Source: Camelus dromedarius
Taxonomy: Eukaryota
Assembly: GCF_036321535.1 (NCBI RefSeq)
Contig: NC_087471.1
Location: 1,364,001-1,428,000 of the forward strand
Length of the DNA stretch: 64,000 bases
Reading direction: 5' to 3'
Below, in pieces: positions 37,201-49,619 of this stretch. Made by a program: the position numbers and the translations under genes. Position 1 is the stretch's first letter. Each line of letters begins with the position of its first letter. The notes beneath the pieces are model-generated. The model had not been told where the DNA came from. It searched no databases and saw only the letters and a program-made list of their open reading frames with translations.

Positions 37201-37494
37201 GTACTTCCTCATTACTGGATGCGAGGTTAATGCAAAAAGTAAAAACTTAACCGCACGGAAAGGGTTCTTGAAGAAATGTCACCTTTAATAAAAATGCCAT
37301 CATTTGGAAGAATGGCAGGGAGGGGACAGAGGACTCTATAATACCCAGTGAGTAGCATTTAGATTGGAGGCCATCCTTCCCAGTGTCCTCAGCTGAATCC
37401 AACATCTCTTTAGGTGAGGGAAATATCTGAAACGGGGTTTCTTGTGGTTTTTTTTGCAGGAAAAAAGCAAGACAGTTGGGCTTGTTTTAGCCTA

Positions 37495-37670
37495 GATCAT
37501 TGCTTTTCAAAACTTGCCATTGTAAATGTTTTCGATCAGGGCATTCTGACTTCAGTCCTCTGGGCATCTTGTCAAAATGCAGAGGATTGTTCCCCAGGCC
37601 TGGGGAGCGGCCTGCGAGCCTGCGTACCTGACGAGCCCCCAGGATCCACGGGCCACATCTAACTCGTGTA
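37495..37670. mobile_element. MER5A-like remnant
   Basis: cattgcttttcaaaacttg...gcatcttgtcaaaatgcaga...ctgcgtacctgacgagcccccagg. Confidence 0.45.
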
Positions 37671-37674
37671 ACCC

Positions 37675-37810
37675 TCATAACAGAACTCAGGGTTACATAC
37701 TGTTACCTTCTTTTATTTTTCAGAAAAGGCAACTGAGCCACTGGGTCTTTAAGGAACTTGCCTGTGGTTTTACAGGAGTAGGTCCCAGGCTGGATTCAAA
37801 CCAGCTGGTC
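37675..37810. mobile_element. MIR SINE remnant
   Basis: ctcataacag...ttttattttcagaaaaggcaactgagcc...aaggaacttgcctgtggt...ggctggattcaaacc (MIR core). Confidence 0.6.
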
Positions 37811-38809
37811 CCCCAGAGGGACTTGGTCCTCCTCCCACCTGGCATGGCTGTTGGGCCAGAACAGGTGGGGGCGGGGGTGGGACTGGCTGGCACTGTGGCC
37901 CCCTCCCCCGGTGTCGGCCGCATCCCACGGGGAGCTGAGCTACAGTCCCACGTGCCTTCTCAGGGAAGTCGTCGGCAGGGTGAGGAGGGAGCTGAGTTTC
38001 TCCCCTCCTACCCATGCATGAAGAGAGGGTCCGGAGGGAATCTGGACTTGCTGGTCCCTGCACTGCCCCTCAACAGAGGGTGGCCTGCTAACAGATGATT
38101 AAAGGACATACGGAGTCGCATGAAACCTCAAATATCCAGGGCCAGGTTTTACTTTTTCCAAGTTAATGGAAACAGTGCTTTATTAAGTCACTTTCAATAT
38201 CAGAAAAGTAAATCTCAGAGTAATTCTCTTCACAACAAATATACGCTGCCAGTGTTTAGGCCACCTTAACTTAAAGACCTTTTATCATAAAACACGTGGC
38301 TTTAAAATTTACTCCAATTGAATTTATAAACCCTATGACTTTCCTACATTCACATACCAAAAAGGGCAGTGAAATTAGCAAATGACTGTATCCACGATTT
38401 ATAATTTTCAGTTTGTGGTGTCTGCAAGCCGAGCACAAACCTGGCATGTGGATTCCTTAGCTTATCAGTTGCAGTGGGCAATGCAGCAAAACACAAAATA
38501 CATGCACACATGTGCATTGGTGAGCATTCATTTCTACCTACGAGATGGCAGCTAAACGTCAAATTTCAATACTGACATGTAACTGTCCTGAAAGCAATTA
38601 ACATGATGTCATCATAGGCCATCAGGGCAACTTCTCCCCCCTGAAAAAACCAAAGTCAAAACTGTTATCTGTAAACTTTCACATGAAATGTGAAGTGGGA
38701 ATAAAAAATAAAGTTTGTCCATTTACACATTTGCACTCAATACACACAGGGTTTTGATTTTTGTTATACTGAGGGAAAAAGCTCAGTGGCTCTTTGGTGT
38801 TGAGAGAAC

Positions 38810-39400
38810 ACAACTGAAAATCCCCTGTCATACCAAGAACAAGGAAAACCACAGCTTGAATGAGAAGCGACAGTCAGCAGACACCAGCACCGAGACGAAG
38901 CGGATGTTGGGAGCATCTGGCAAGGATTTCAAAGCAGCTGTGATCAAACTGCTTCAACCAGCAACTCTGAATTCTCTTGAAACAAACTGAAATATTTTGT
39001 CAGCAAAAAAATAGATGCTATAAAGAAGAAGCCTATGAAAAGTATAGAACTATATTACCATCACAAAATAAACCCGAACCAAAATAAACCACCAGCCAAC
39101 AAAGAGCAGCTTACAGGATGGGCTCAGGAGAAGGAGGATGACAAAGACGAGATTGCTGAACTTGACAGAGTCCAAGAATTTGGACCCAAGCAGAGAGAAA
39201 ATAAACTAGGGGAGGAAAAAAGACAGAAACCATCTCAGGGACCAGTGAGCCATGAAGACAAAACCTAACACTGGTAACATCAGAGCCCCAGGAGGGGAGA
39301 GAGAGTGAGAGGGAAAAACGTATTTGAAGAAATAATGGCTGGAAGCTTCCTAAATTGGGCAAATAGGATAAATCCAAAGTCATCCACTCCAGGACAGTTC
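38810..39400 (+). mobile_element. Old L1M 5'/ORF1 remnant
   Basis: atctggcaaggatttcaaagcagctgtgatc..., aaaaacgtatttgaagaaataatggctggaagcttcctaaattggg (ORF1 IFEEIMAENFPNL-like). Confidence 0.75.
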
Positions 39401-39639
39401 ATAATTAAACATACGTGAGTGTGTTTGGATGGAGTCTGGTGGATGGAGTCTGGTGGATGGAGCGTCCAGGAGGGCTGTGTGACAGAGGGGCACACACCAC
39501 GCAGGGACACGGCCTCTCAGGGACTCCTAGTGAGGCTTCCTGCTTTTCAGATTAGGTGCTGGGCTATAAGGTCAGATAGAAGGTCGCAGGTTAGCGAGGG
39601 AGGTAGACTCATTGACAATCGACCACCGTGAGTATATGA

Positions 39640-39770
39640 TGATTGTTCTGCCCCGAGCTGCTCCAGTGAGTCCTGTCTGGACTTTGAGAAAGCCCTCCTG
39701 CCCTGCACGTCTGTAAAATGGGTGCACAAGCGCCTGTGCTCTCGGAGTGCAAGGCACAATTAATATACAG
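39640..39770. mobile_element. MIR SINE remnant
   Basis: ctgcacgtctgtaaaatgggtgcacaagcgcctgtgctc resembles the MIR core. Confidence 0.4.
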
Positions 39771-39950
39771 AAGGTGGTTGTGCAGACACTTTTTTTTTTT
39801 TTTCCCATTTGGAAGACTTGGAGCCAGGCTCTCCCTGCTTTTGTGAAGCTCCCTGATTTTGTGACTGCTGACTCCTGGTGATGACCTGCTCCCCAGCATG
39901 GGAACTCCGAGCCGTGAATGCAAGGATGCTTCAAGAAAGTGATCGTATTC

Positions 39951-40443
39951 TGTCTACTGAAAAAAAAAAAGCACAGCCTAACAGTTGAGAGTGACGTTTC
40001 ATTGGGTGAAGTTTCTGAGGACTCGAGCCTGGGAGGCAGCTTCTCAGATAGCTGTAAGAGACTGCTCCCGAGGGGCGAGGGAGGGGCCAGGATACACAGG
40101 CATTTTTGCAGCGAAGACCAGCAAGCGGGAACATCGGCAGGTTACTGTTAAAGAAGACCAGGCATCTCAAGTGAAGGCATTTAGCACTTTTTTACATACG
40201 GGAAGCTGCAAAGGTCTGGGCCCATTGAAACCATCCCTTTGACATGCACCTTAGCCCTCTAGGGCCAGTGTCCTGTTCCTTCCCATCCTGCGTCCCCTCG
40301 GGGGCACCCTTGGGGGTGGCTGCAGAGGCCAGGCTGCCTGCTCGTCTGCACCCTGAGCTCCCTCCGCTCACTGTCGGGGGGCAGACTTGACGGCCGCAGC
40401 GTCCTTTGCTTACTGATACTTCAGGTGACATTTTTCATTCACA
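39951..40443 (-). mobile_element. ERV1-type solo LTR (TG...CA, 493 bp)
   Basis: Begins tgtctactg and ends cattcaca; near-TSD attc (39947-50) / gttc (40444-47). Confidence 0.85.
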
Positions 40444-43400
40444 GTTCCTACAGCTTGGCAGGTACAGGAAGGCCAGCTTCGCCGCACGCGTTCTGGGTTT
40501 CTCGGCATGTCTTTGAAAGTATTTAGTGATAAATCACCTTCTGAAGGGGACTGTCTTTTCCCTGAGAGAGCTCTAAAATAATGCCCCGACAGCCTCGCAG
40601 TGTCATAGACCATATAAATCATCTCCACCCCCGAATCCTTTCCTGTCCACCAGCTCGCAGCTGAATTGCTTTCAAGTGGGTTTGAAGCCAACAGAAACTT
40701 AGACTTCAGTGTTTTACTGTTGCTGGGTTAGAGTCGTGCAATCATCCATATTTACTCATCCATCTTCCCATTTTCCCGTGAGACAGGTGAAACAGCTCGA
40801 CCAGGACGGTAGGGCTGTGGGACCCGGCAAGCCCCAGAGAGAGCTCTCCCAGAGCATCTGAGAGTCGTCCCATCGGGGGGCAGGAGGTGGGGTGAGGACT
40901 GGCGTGGGGAGAGACCCGTGCAATCCCTCAGGCACTTCCAGCTCTCAGGAGCGGGCAGAGTGGCTCCCGAAGCCTGCCGGCAGCTCTCCAGCAGAGACTC
41001 AGAGGGATGCTGGGGGCCACAGCAGGAGCCAGGATGCCCAACACGGTGAAGGACGGAAGGGGCCACCAAACCTATTACAGCAACCCTGGGTGCCCGCCTG
41101 GGGAGTTACCTGACCAAGCCAGGTTTCCTGGTCTTGTATTTGGTTATTTTGTCATTTTGTGTTTCTTCCCCATCCTCACCTGCTGCCCCTTTGGTCCATC
41201 ACTATGCCATTCCTTCACCTCTGCATCCCCAGAGCCTCAGAGTCTAGTTCTTCCACGCACACCTTCTCTTTTCCCTTTCCCGGGGCAGCTAAGGCTCTGC
41301 TCTCTCCCCAAAGTGCATTTCCTCAGTGTGCTGCCTGCATCCCGTCTTTTCTTACCTTCTCTGTCGTTTCAGACCGTCTGTCTCTATGGGGTCATCCTCA
41401 GCGTCTTAAAAGCACTTCAGGATCTCCCACCCCAAAGATAACAACCTTCCCCAACCTACGGCTTCTGCAGCTGCTCTCTCCAGGTCCAGGCACCTCTCAC
41501 ACAGGACACTTTCCTATTATATTCCTGGGCCGCCACGTGGATTTTGTAGCCATAAGTCAATCATGTTTAAAACCCATTGTTTTTCCTCGCCCTTCAGCTA
41601 AACCATCTGAACTCCTAAGATGGACCTTTGAGGCTTGGCATGACCTCGTCCACCTGCCCCCCACCCCACTTCAGAGCCCCTTCCCCTGTGTCTACTACGG
41701 TCCAGCCTGCCCCTCTGTGAGAGTGGGAAGACCCCAAGTCCTCTCTGCTTTAGGAAATTTGCGTGCATTTGCTGTGCAGAAATGTTCTTCCTCACGCTGT
41801 CTATCTGGATATTACGACACTCATATAAAGGGGAAGGCCATCCAAACCCAGTCATATATATATATATCCTTGCATGGCGTTTGCCTAAAGCCATGTCAAC
41901 AGAAAGGCATTTGGTCTTTTGCCAGAGATTGAGGGGAAGATGGATAAAACCCTGGAAGGCACCGTCTCTCCGGCTGTGGCTGGGATCCACCTGCTTCCCT
42001 GTTATTTACCACTGAGGTGTTCACCGTTCTTTAACACTCTGGCTGCTGTTAAGGTCACGTGTAAAGACACTTTGTTTAGGGAAAGTGAGATTAGCCAACA
42101 TTGATCTGACAGTGACCCTGCTTGTCTGCGAGGAGCTCTTCTCTGTTGGTGGCTAACTGCTGTAACGGACAGCGCCAAACCGCACGCGCTCGGCGCCTTG
42201 CCAGCGTACCTCTCACCCACAGCGCAGTCCTGTGTGGGGTCGGAGGGCATTCTCGGCTCCACGCGGTCACTCAGGAATCCAGGCTCCTGCTAGCCTGCTG
42301 CCTGGAATTTTCCCCATCCACCTGGCGGGTGGGAGAAAACAGCGGGGGTTACATGCCGACTTCATGGGCGGGTCTGGGAGGCGGGGACCGTCACCTCTGC
42401 TTCCACCCCACTGGCCAGAATTCAGCCACGTGGTCTCGTGCGACGCCCAGGGAAGCTGCTGAACACCATGCAGGTTTGTGTCAGGAAGAAAGGAGAGCGC
42501 AGGCACCGGTGGGAATTAGCCGTTTTCGCCCCATCAGCTTAGTCTCCCAGGTCTAGAACGCGCGTGTGTAATTCAGACGTGTCAACACGCAGGCAGGGAA
42601 ACGAAGGCAGATACGAACACACAGTCCAAAGCCAAAACTGTCTGGAGAAAGAAACCTTGGCTCCAGAAGTGGTTTTCAAGCTAATCTATGTGAGCGGGGC
42701 TCTGTCGTGACCACAGTCCCCAGCCGCCGGTCAGGCAGCCTCGGGCCCACAGCTGCGTCACTCTGCCGCTGAGCGGTGCACACAGCGGTGCAGTTGCGGG
42801 CCTGCCCTGAGTCGGGTCCATCTGCTCCGGGGGCATCACCGTGCCACCAGCCCCCGCCCCCCCCTCCCCGTGAGGGAGACAGGTGCCAAGCCAAAGAGGG
42901 CTGGTTGGGACATCTGCTCTTTTGAGAAGTCCTTCGGGTCGTCCCACAGCCCCAGCAGACCTTCCCTTTTTGCTTTTCCCAACAATAGAAGAAAGGATGC
43001 TTCCAGACACTTCTGGCTGCCACAGCTGGGCTGTCTCTCCGAGGGCCAGGGACACCCCCGGGGCGGAGCGGGGGGCTGAACGCATGCCCTTCCAAAAACT
43101 CTGCTGGGACTGTCTCGGAGGAAGCCACGGTTTCCAAGGGGACAAAGGGACCAGCAGAAGCAGAAGATGCATCCAAATGATGCCCAGATAAGCCTGGGCC
43201 ATGCCCAGGGGAGGCCAGCTCGGAGAGAGGGGCAGCTTTGCGTGGGGGGCAGATGCCCAGAAAAGAAAACGGAGGGCGGGCTGGCTCCTCTGCAGATGAG
43301 CGGCAGAGAGCAGTGGTTCCAGTGAGGAGACGGGGCTGGCCGGACTGGCATGTCCCCTCTCCACCTTGATGAGCCACGTGATGCTGGGAAAGTGGCTGGT

Positions 43401-43589
43401 CTCACTCTGGACGGTAAGGAGGACTCAGAAAAGGCTTGGGCAGACATTTATCACCCACAGGGGCATCTGTGTTGCCTACGGATGCCATCAGCAGTGGTGA
43501 CTTACTGAGTGAGACCCATGCACAACCTGGCTGTGCCTGGACACCGCAGCGCCCCTCCCTGCGAGCTGCCCGCACACACACATCTAGAC

Positions 43590-43782
43590 CTGTGCCATCC
43601 AGCACTGCAGTCACTGGCCACACGTGGCCACTCGTATTAAATTTAAATTTGTTTAAGTAAACTTAGCCTGAAAATTGAGTTCCTCCAGGCTCAATAGACG
43701 CATGCGGCTGGTGGCGACCGCGCTGGCGGTCGCCGATGCAGGACGTTTCCAGCTTCACAGAGAGCTCTGCTGGAGAGCACTG
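43590..43782. mobile_element. MER3/MER33-like hAT-Charlie MITE
   Basis: cactggccacacgtggccactcgtattaaatttaaatt...gacgtttccagcttcacagagagctctgctggagagcactg matches the recalled MER3 layout. Confidence 0.7.
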
Positions 43783-43800
43783 ATCCAGACAGAAATAGAT

Positions 43801-43935
43801 TGTCTTCTTTTTGCGGGGGGGTTAGATTTATTCATTTGTCCACTTACTTATTTATTTAATGGAGGCGCTGGGGATTGAACCCAGGACCTTGTGCACGTCC
43901 AGGACGCACTCTACCCCTGAGCTGTACCCTTCCCC
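43801..43935 (-). mobile_element. Vic-1-type tRNA-derived SINE (camelid)
   Basis: Minus strand ggggaagggtacagctcaggggtagagtgcgtcc...gaggtcc-like B-box ggttcaatccccagc, then ctccatt, A-rich tail and C-run; degenerate 18-bp TSD (43783-43800 vs 43936-43953, 13/18). Confidence 0.9.
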
Positions 43936-44719
43936 ACCCCGACAGAAACAAACAGACAGAGAGGTGTCGCTCACCTGCCCGCCCATCTGAGTCAGGTGGG
44001 CGCCTTTCCAGACAGAACACGGCAGGCACCGTGGGCAGGTGGGGGGGTAGCCACCTCTACCACAAGGTCACAGGTGGGGAGGAGCCCCGGAAACTCTCAC
44101 AAATTGGAGACAGATGCTGGCAGCCGGGACAGACGCTTGATGTGCCCTTGGCCACGTCTTAGCCAATTTTGGGGAGCACGGAGGGGTGCCAGCCGGCAGG
44201 CCGTAGCACGGGCCACGGGAAGGAGACTTGAGACGGAGTCTGTCCCAGGAGCTGGCTGGTGTGTTGCCGGGGTTTAACTTACCATGGTGGGTCAAAATAT
44301 AAAGTCACCACCAAAACGCAAACCGCTCCTGGCCCGCACTTCCCAACGACAAACTCGACTAAAAACGGGGCTTCCACCGACCAGAAAGGCCATTTGCGGT
44401 TCCTTTGGCATTGCGTCTTTCGCACAATGCCTCAGATTCCAAATACCTGAAGTTGTTGCCTCCTGTTGAAGCAGAGAGACAGGGGAGCACAGTATCTTCT
44501 CGAAGAGACACAGAAGGGTGAGGCCTGGGGGGAGAAGGGACGGCAGTCACAATAACAGATAATACCAGCAATAACCACAGTCACAGGTCACGGAGCAAAA
44601 GCAGCTCACAGCGAGGAAGCCTGCAAATCACAGACGTGTGTCTAGGCCTTCTAAGCCGAGAGCAGCTCCCGGGGTGGGGGAAGCCTCCTGTTCACAGACA
44701 AGGGAGCAGAAACAGGCAG

Positions 44720-44815
44720 GTTAGGTAACTCGCTCAGGGCCGCACAGCCGCTGAGAACCAGAGCTGGATTCGAATGGGATTTGAACACCTGTCTGCCTGC
44801 TCTCTGGCCTGAGCT
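44720..44815. mobile_element. MIR SINE remnant
   Basis: ggttaggtaactcgctcagggccgcacagcc...gagctggattcgaa...atttgaacacctgtctgcctg. Confidence 0.65.
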
Positions 44816-45204
44816 GTAATCTCCCGCCCCGCAGGTTGTCCGGGAGGCGGTCACTTCCCTGAGAGGTGTGCGGTCTCTCTGGGTGACCAGGAGTATCTGT
44901 AATATTACTACATTATCTACGCTTTCATGTGTGTATCAGAAGGCATAAGCTATTGGCCTACTGCCTTCTTTCTTTTCTTTAGCCTAAAGTGTTTAGGGAA
45001 GAAAAAATAAGTTATATTTTAAAGAGGCATATATAATTTTTTCTCACTTCCATGTTTTCTTGAAAAATGGGAGCCTCTGGCAACCCTATGTCCACCTTCT
45101 TACGTGGTAACCGGTCAGCTGGGACTGAGTTTTGAGTCTCCCTTTAACCAATGTGCCCCCTGCCTCCCTCCCCCGAGCCACTCACACATCTCTCCTGCTG
45201 TCTC

Positions 45205-45930
45205 TTTTTAAAAATAGCTTTTTAGAGAGACCATTGACATAAAAACAGTCAAGCATATTCAAAGTAGACAATCTGGTGAGCTCTGATACGTGCGCATCTG
45301 ATACAGAAAGACGTGGGGCGAGAGGAGGGCGGGGTCCCAGGTCTTGGTTGAGTCCCTGGGACGCGCCCCGCCAAGTGTGGGTCCTTGGCTTTGCGCAGGA
45401 AAGAGTTCAAGAGCGAGCCACAGTTGAGTGAAGGTGGATTTATTCAGAAAGACGCACGCTCTGTAGACAGAGTGCAGGCTGTTTCAGAAGGTAAGAGAAG
45501 GGTCACAAGCTGTGGGGTTCGGTGCCCAGTCTAAAGCAAAAGCAGCCCCACGCCCCATGGACAGTGCGGGCCTCCTCAGCGAAGCGTGGCGGGCAGGGCT
45601 GCTGCTCCTTGGTAAGCCCCGCACACGACCCCGCCTGTTCCCCACGGCTCCGCACGCTCGCGCTGCAGCAGCGCTGTGGCACGGGGTTTCAGTGTTACAC
45701 GGATGGCACCGAAGTGTATGTGTCATCCTTTGACTTCCTGTGTCCACGAAGCAGAGCCCGTTAGAGATGTATCCATGTTGACACGTGATTTTTTATCTGG
45801 ACTGATCCAAATAGTCTATCATGCAACCATATAAACGTTACCCCTTGTTTGCTCTGTTGAGGGAGGTTTGAGATGTTCCCCAAGCTCCTATTATTTTCAA
45901 TAATGCTTGAGTGGCTCTCTATGAAACGGG
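45205..45930 (-). mobile_element. Old L1M 3' fragment interrupted by an ERV1-like LTR piece (~45300-45697)
   Basis: L1M terminus ttttaaaaatagc...attcaaagtagacaatctggtgagc; inserted block with gaaagagttcaagagcgagccacagttgagtgaaggtggatttatt. Confidence 0.55.
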
Positions 45931-47385
45931 GGCATGCTAAGGGTCCCCTTGGGGCGCTGGCTCTCACATCCGGCTTCCACTTGAGTCACGGGGGTGCTTG
46001 AACAACACCAACGCCTGGCCCCGGTCCCTGAGTACCTGCTGCGGCATTCCGTAAGGGGCTGTGGTCAGAGGTTGTGCAGGACACAGTGGACCCTGGACCT
46101 GGGGTCAAGGACCATGAGGACCTGGAGACCGAGCCGAGACCATAAAGCAGATCTGTGATGCTGCAGCACAGCTCCCAGCCCATCTGTGCATGGATGCGGA
46201 TGGGTCAGCAAAAAATGAACACTCTTGAGCTTTGTGACCAGGGTGTGTGTAATGCAGGTACTTTAATTCTCTGATGTCCCTCAAGGCCAGCTGCCTATGG
46301 CTCTAGAAAGGGCAGGGTGACTTTACTGTGTTTTCTGCAATCCCGAGGCAAAGGCACATTTGGGCCACTCAGCAGGGGGAGATGCAGGACCTGGTTGGGT
46401 TGACTTTGGTCTGAAACTGGTCCCCACAGAGGATGCCGAGGAGAGAGGAGGAAAGAGAGGGAGTGAAGGTCACCTTTAAATCAAATATTCCCCATTTGTC
46501 TGTGGCATGTGGGTGTAACACGGTCCTCCAAGAGAACATCCCTTACTGTCTAACATAGGATGGGAAATGGGATTAAGCTTTGGATTCTGGAAGATCCCGG
46601 GTTACTAAAGGCTTCTTCTGTCGAGGTGTCGAAATTTAAAGGACGTGCTCTGAGCCCCCAGACCTGCATGTCTAGAGTCAGGACTGGACGTGAGCGTCCA
46701 CCAGCACCTCACATGTCCAGGATCTGACCCACCTCACAACTATTTGAACCCTCTACTGTGGTCATATTTCGTTTAAAGTTAATTGACTAAGCCACAAATT
46801 TAACTGAAGATGTTTCTTGGGTTACAGTCTAGATCTGATTTTTTTCCCAAATCAACAACTAGATTGGAAATTATAAGGGGGGAAAAAAGTCTTAAACAAG
46901 CAGCTGAGCTGAAATACAATTTCACTTTTAGGATGAATTGTGCCCCACTCTCAGCTGCGGGGAGGTGACAGAGAGAGTGAGGCAACGGCTCTGTCTCCAC
47001 GGATCCTTGAAGGTGAAGGAAAACTTGCCGTCTCACGTTGTCTGCTAATTTCCGGCTGGAAATATTAGCGACCTAAAAATGAGTCATGCAGCGGTGGCAT
47101 CTGGGACGGCTGGGGGGCGGGGGGGGGACGGCGGATGTAAAGGGGCACCGGCTCCATTGTGTCGAAGCCCGTGGTCGTGCCCAACGCCGGGGCAACGTGT
47201 CTGGGGGACAATAGACACCACCTCACATTCACGACAGACCAGGCTGGAGGGAGTGTTGGGGAAAATCCAGATCGACTCTGCCGGGAGCCCTTGTCTCCGG
47301 ATTGCGAGTAACCCCACCTGGCGCCCTCAGTCCTTCCCCAGTGGGCCTGCCTTGACTCTGCTCATCCCCAGCCATAAGCACAGCA

Positions 47386-47414
47386 ATGCGCATGCGCGCA
47401 CACACACACACGCG

Positions 47415-47462
<48 letters not shown>
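47386..47462. repeat. 77-bp alternating purine-pyrimidine tract with a (CG)6 core, starting with an NRF1-consensus site
   Basis: atgcgcatgcgcgca(ca)n(cg)6(ca)n; TGCGCATGCGCG at 47387-47398 fits YGCGCAYGCGCR. Confidence 0.85.
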
Positions 47463-47463
<1 letters not shown>

Positions 47464-47684
47464 CCTTCTTCCTGCCACAGATCAAACACAATCAGGGAAT
47501 AATAAGGCTGTGTGTGTGTGTGCATGTTCTGATGTGTTTTTGAATAACTGAAATAATTTACACTAAAAGGGATTAATCATTTTAGGACCTTTTGTATATA
47601 AAGAAGTGAGCTAATTAACCCAAAGTCACACTCATTTGGCAAAAAGTTTAAAAAGTACTCATTTCAAGTGAGATTCCTGACTTT

Positions 47685-48790
47685 TTTAAAACCGACTTTT
47701 ATTTAGTAAAAGTATCACAGTGAATATCGTACAACTCCGGAGAGCGCAGGAGCAACCGACGCAGCTGTCTGAGTGTCTCTCACACCCTCCCCTCCGCCCT
47801 GAGCTCCAAATCCGCTGCTCAGAGGGGACTGCTGCTTAGCGGAGTCCTGTGGAAACTTCCAGAGGAATCCTGTGCACGTGCCTGCACGTAGATGCCTTTA
47901 AAATCTGTACACAGTGGATCGTTTTTTATCATTATTCACGTAGTTTAGGCCCCTGCTTTTCTTTCACTTAATATGTCTTTCATCTCCACCTACTTTCTTA
48001 CACACAGATCAACTAAAGTGCCCAAGAAATATGATATTTATGTACTATGATATATTATACAAGTAAACATTATTATCATATTATATTAATAGATATAAAA
48101 CACATTCATAAATGTGTATGACTTGTTATATAAAAATGTATATGCATATGATTTGCTGTCATATAAAATGCAGACTATTTTTTGGACTCGATAGCATGGC
48201 CGTTAGTGGTCCCTGCCTGATGGATGTGCAGGTCGTCTCTCTGCTTTGACTTGGTTTTGCTCTCACAGGCAATGATGACAAGACTTTCCCTCCATGGCTG
48301 ACTAGGCATCGTCTTTGTGAGCGTCCCCGTAGGAAGAATTCCACACAGGAAATAGCAGAGGGTATTTTCTTTTAAAACTTTCACGGATGTTGCAAACCAC
48401 TCTCCAAAGAGTCACACCAACTTACGTTCCCATAATCAGGGTATGAGTCTGTTTACAGCCTCCCTCACACACAGAGAGTTACTCAACTTTTAAATCAAGG
48501 CCCATCTGACGGGTAAAACCAGGCACTTCGCTGTTAAGATGTGCCTGTATTGACTCATGAATGAGCTTTAGAACCTCTCTCTTTGTTCATTAGCCAATGC
48601 TACGTCTCGTTTGCAAAGTGCCTCAGCTCCATTTTCTATGTGATTGTTCATTTTTGATGTTGGAATCATGTAAACCCTTTGGGAAAAAAATCAACTACTT
48701 GTCAAATATGTCAGATCCTTCTTTCCAGATCAATGTTTTAAAACCTTCGTTTACCTACACAGAATTTAAGATTTTTTCACACAGTCTAAT
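47685..48790 (-). mobile_element. Old L1ME 3' fragment
   Basis: ttttctttcacttaatatg..., aaatagcagagggtattttcttttaaaactttcacggatgttgcaaaccactctccaaagagtcacaccaacttacgttcccata. Confidence 0.65.
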
Positions 48791-49069
48791 TTTTAAAAAT
48801 CATTGATTTACTTTTACTTAGGGGTGCTGGTTTTAATAATGAGAGAACTTGCTTTTAGGCTCATTGTCTACTTAACTCTCTCCCAATGCCAGACAAACCT
48901 TCTTACAGTTAACACCACAATATATTGCTTTTTCATGATCACTGACTACTGATCTAAAGTAAGAGACTTAAAAATCCTGGAGACAAAAAAATGGAATTAA
49001 ATTCTATATTAGAGAAAATATTCTCTCTGATTTTTAAATGCATAGAAGGTGCTTAGAAATAATTGTTAG

Positions 49070-49223
49070 NNNNNNNNNNNNNNNNNNNNNNNNNNNNNNN
49101 NNNNNNNNNNNNNNNNNNNNNNNNNNNNNNNNNNNNNNNNNNNNNNNNNNNNNNNNNNNNNNNNNNNNNNNNNNNNNNNNNNNNNNNNNNNNNNNNNNNN
49201 NNNNNNNNNNNNNNNNNNNNNNN
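49070..49223. other. Assembly gap (154 N) at the 5' side of an L1
   Basis: Run of N. Confidence 1.
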
Positions 49224-49618
49224 AAAGTAAGCCAGAAAGAGAAAGAAAAATACCGTATGATAACATTTATATGTAGAATCTAAAAAAAGAAAAGACAAAT
49301 GAACTTATTTACAAAACAAACAAACTCACAGATACAGAAGACAAACTTATGGTTACCAGGGAGGCAGGCAGTGGGAAGGGATAAATTGGGAGTTCTAGAT
49401 TTGCAGATACTAGCTAATATATGTAAAATAGATAAACAACAAGTTCATACTGTACAGCACAGGGAACTCTATTCAATATCTTGTAGTAACCTACTGTGAA
49501 AAAGAATATGAAAACAAATACATGTATGTTCCTATATGACTGAAGCACTGTGCTGTACACCAGAAATAGACACAACATTGTAAACTGACTATGCTTCAAT
49601 AAAAATATTTAAAAAAGA
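49224..49618 (+). mobile_element. Lineage-specific L1 3'UTR fragment
   Basis: aagtaagccagaaagagaaagaaaaataccgtatga...caacattgtaaactgactatgcttcaataaaa. Confidence 0.92.
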
Positions 49619-49619
49619 C

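Noticed and set aside
41159-41932. 257-aa ORF
   Set aside because: Pro/Ser/Leu/Phe-rich translation of pyrimidine-rich sequence; no homology recognised and no convincing splice context.
43860-43935. tRNA-like sequence
   Set aside because: SINE head with A-rich tail and TSD; no intact cloverleaf.
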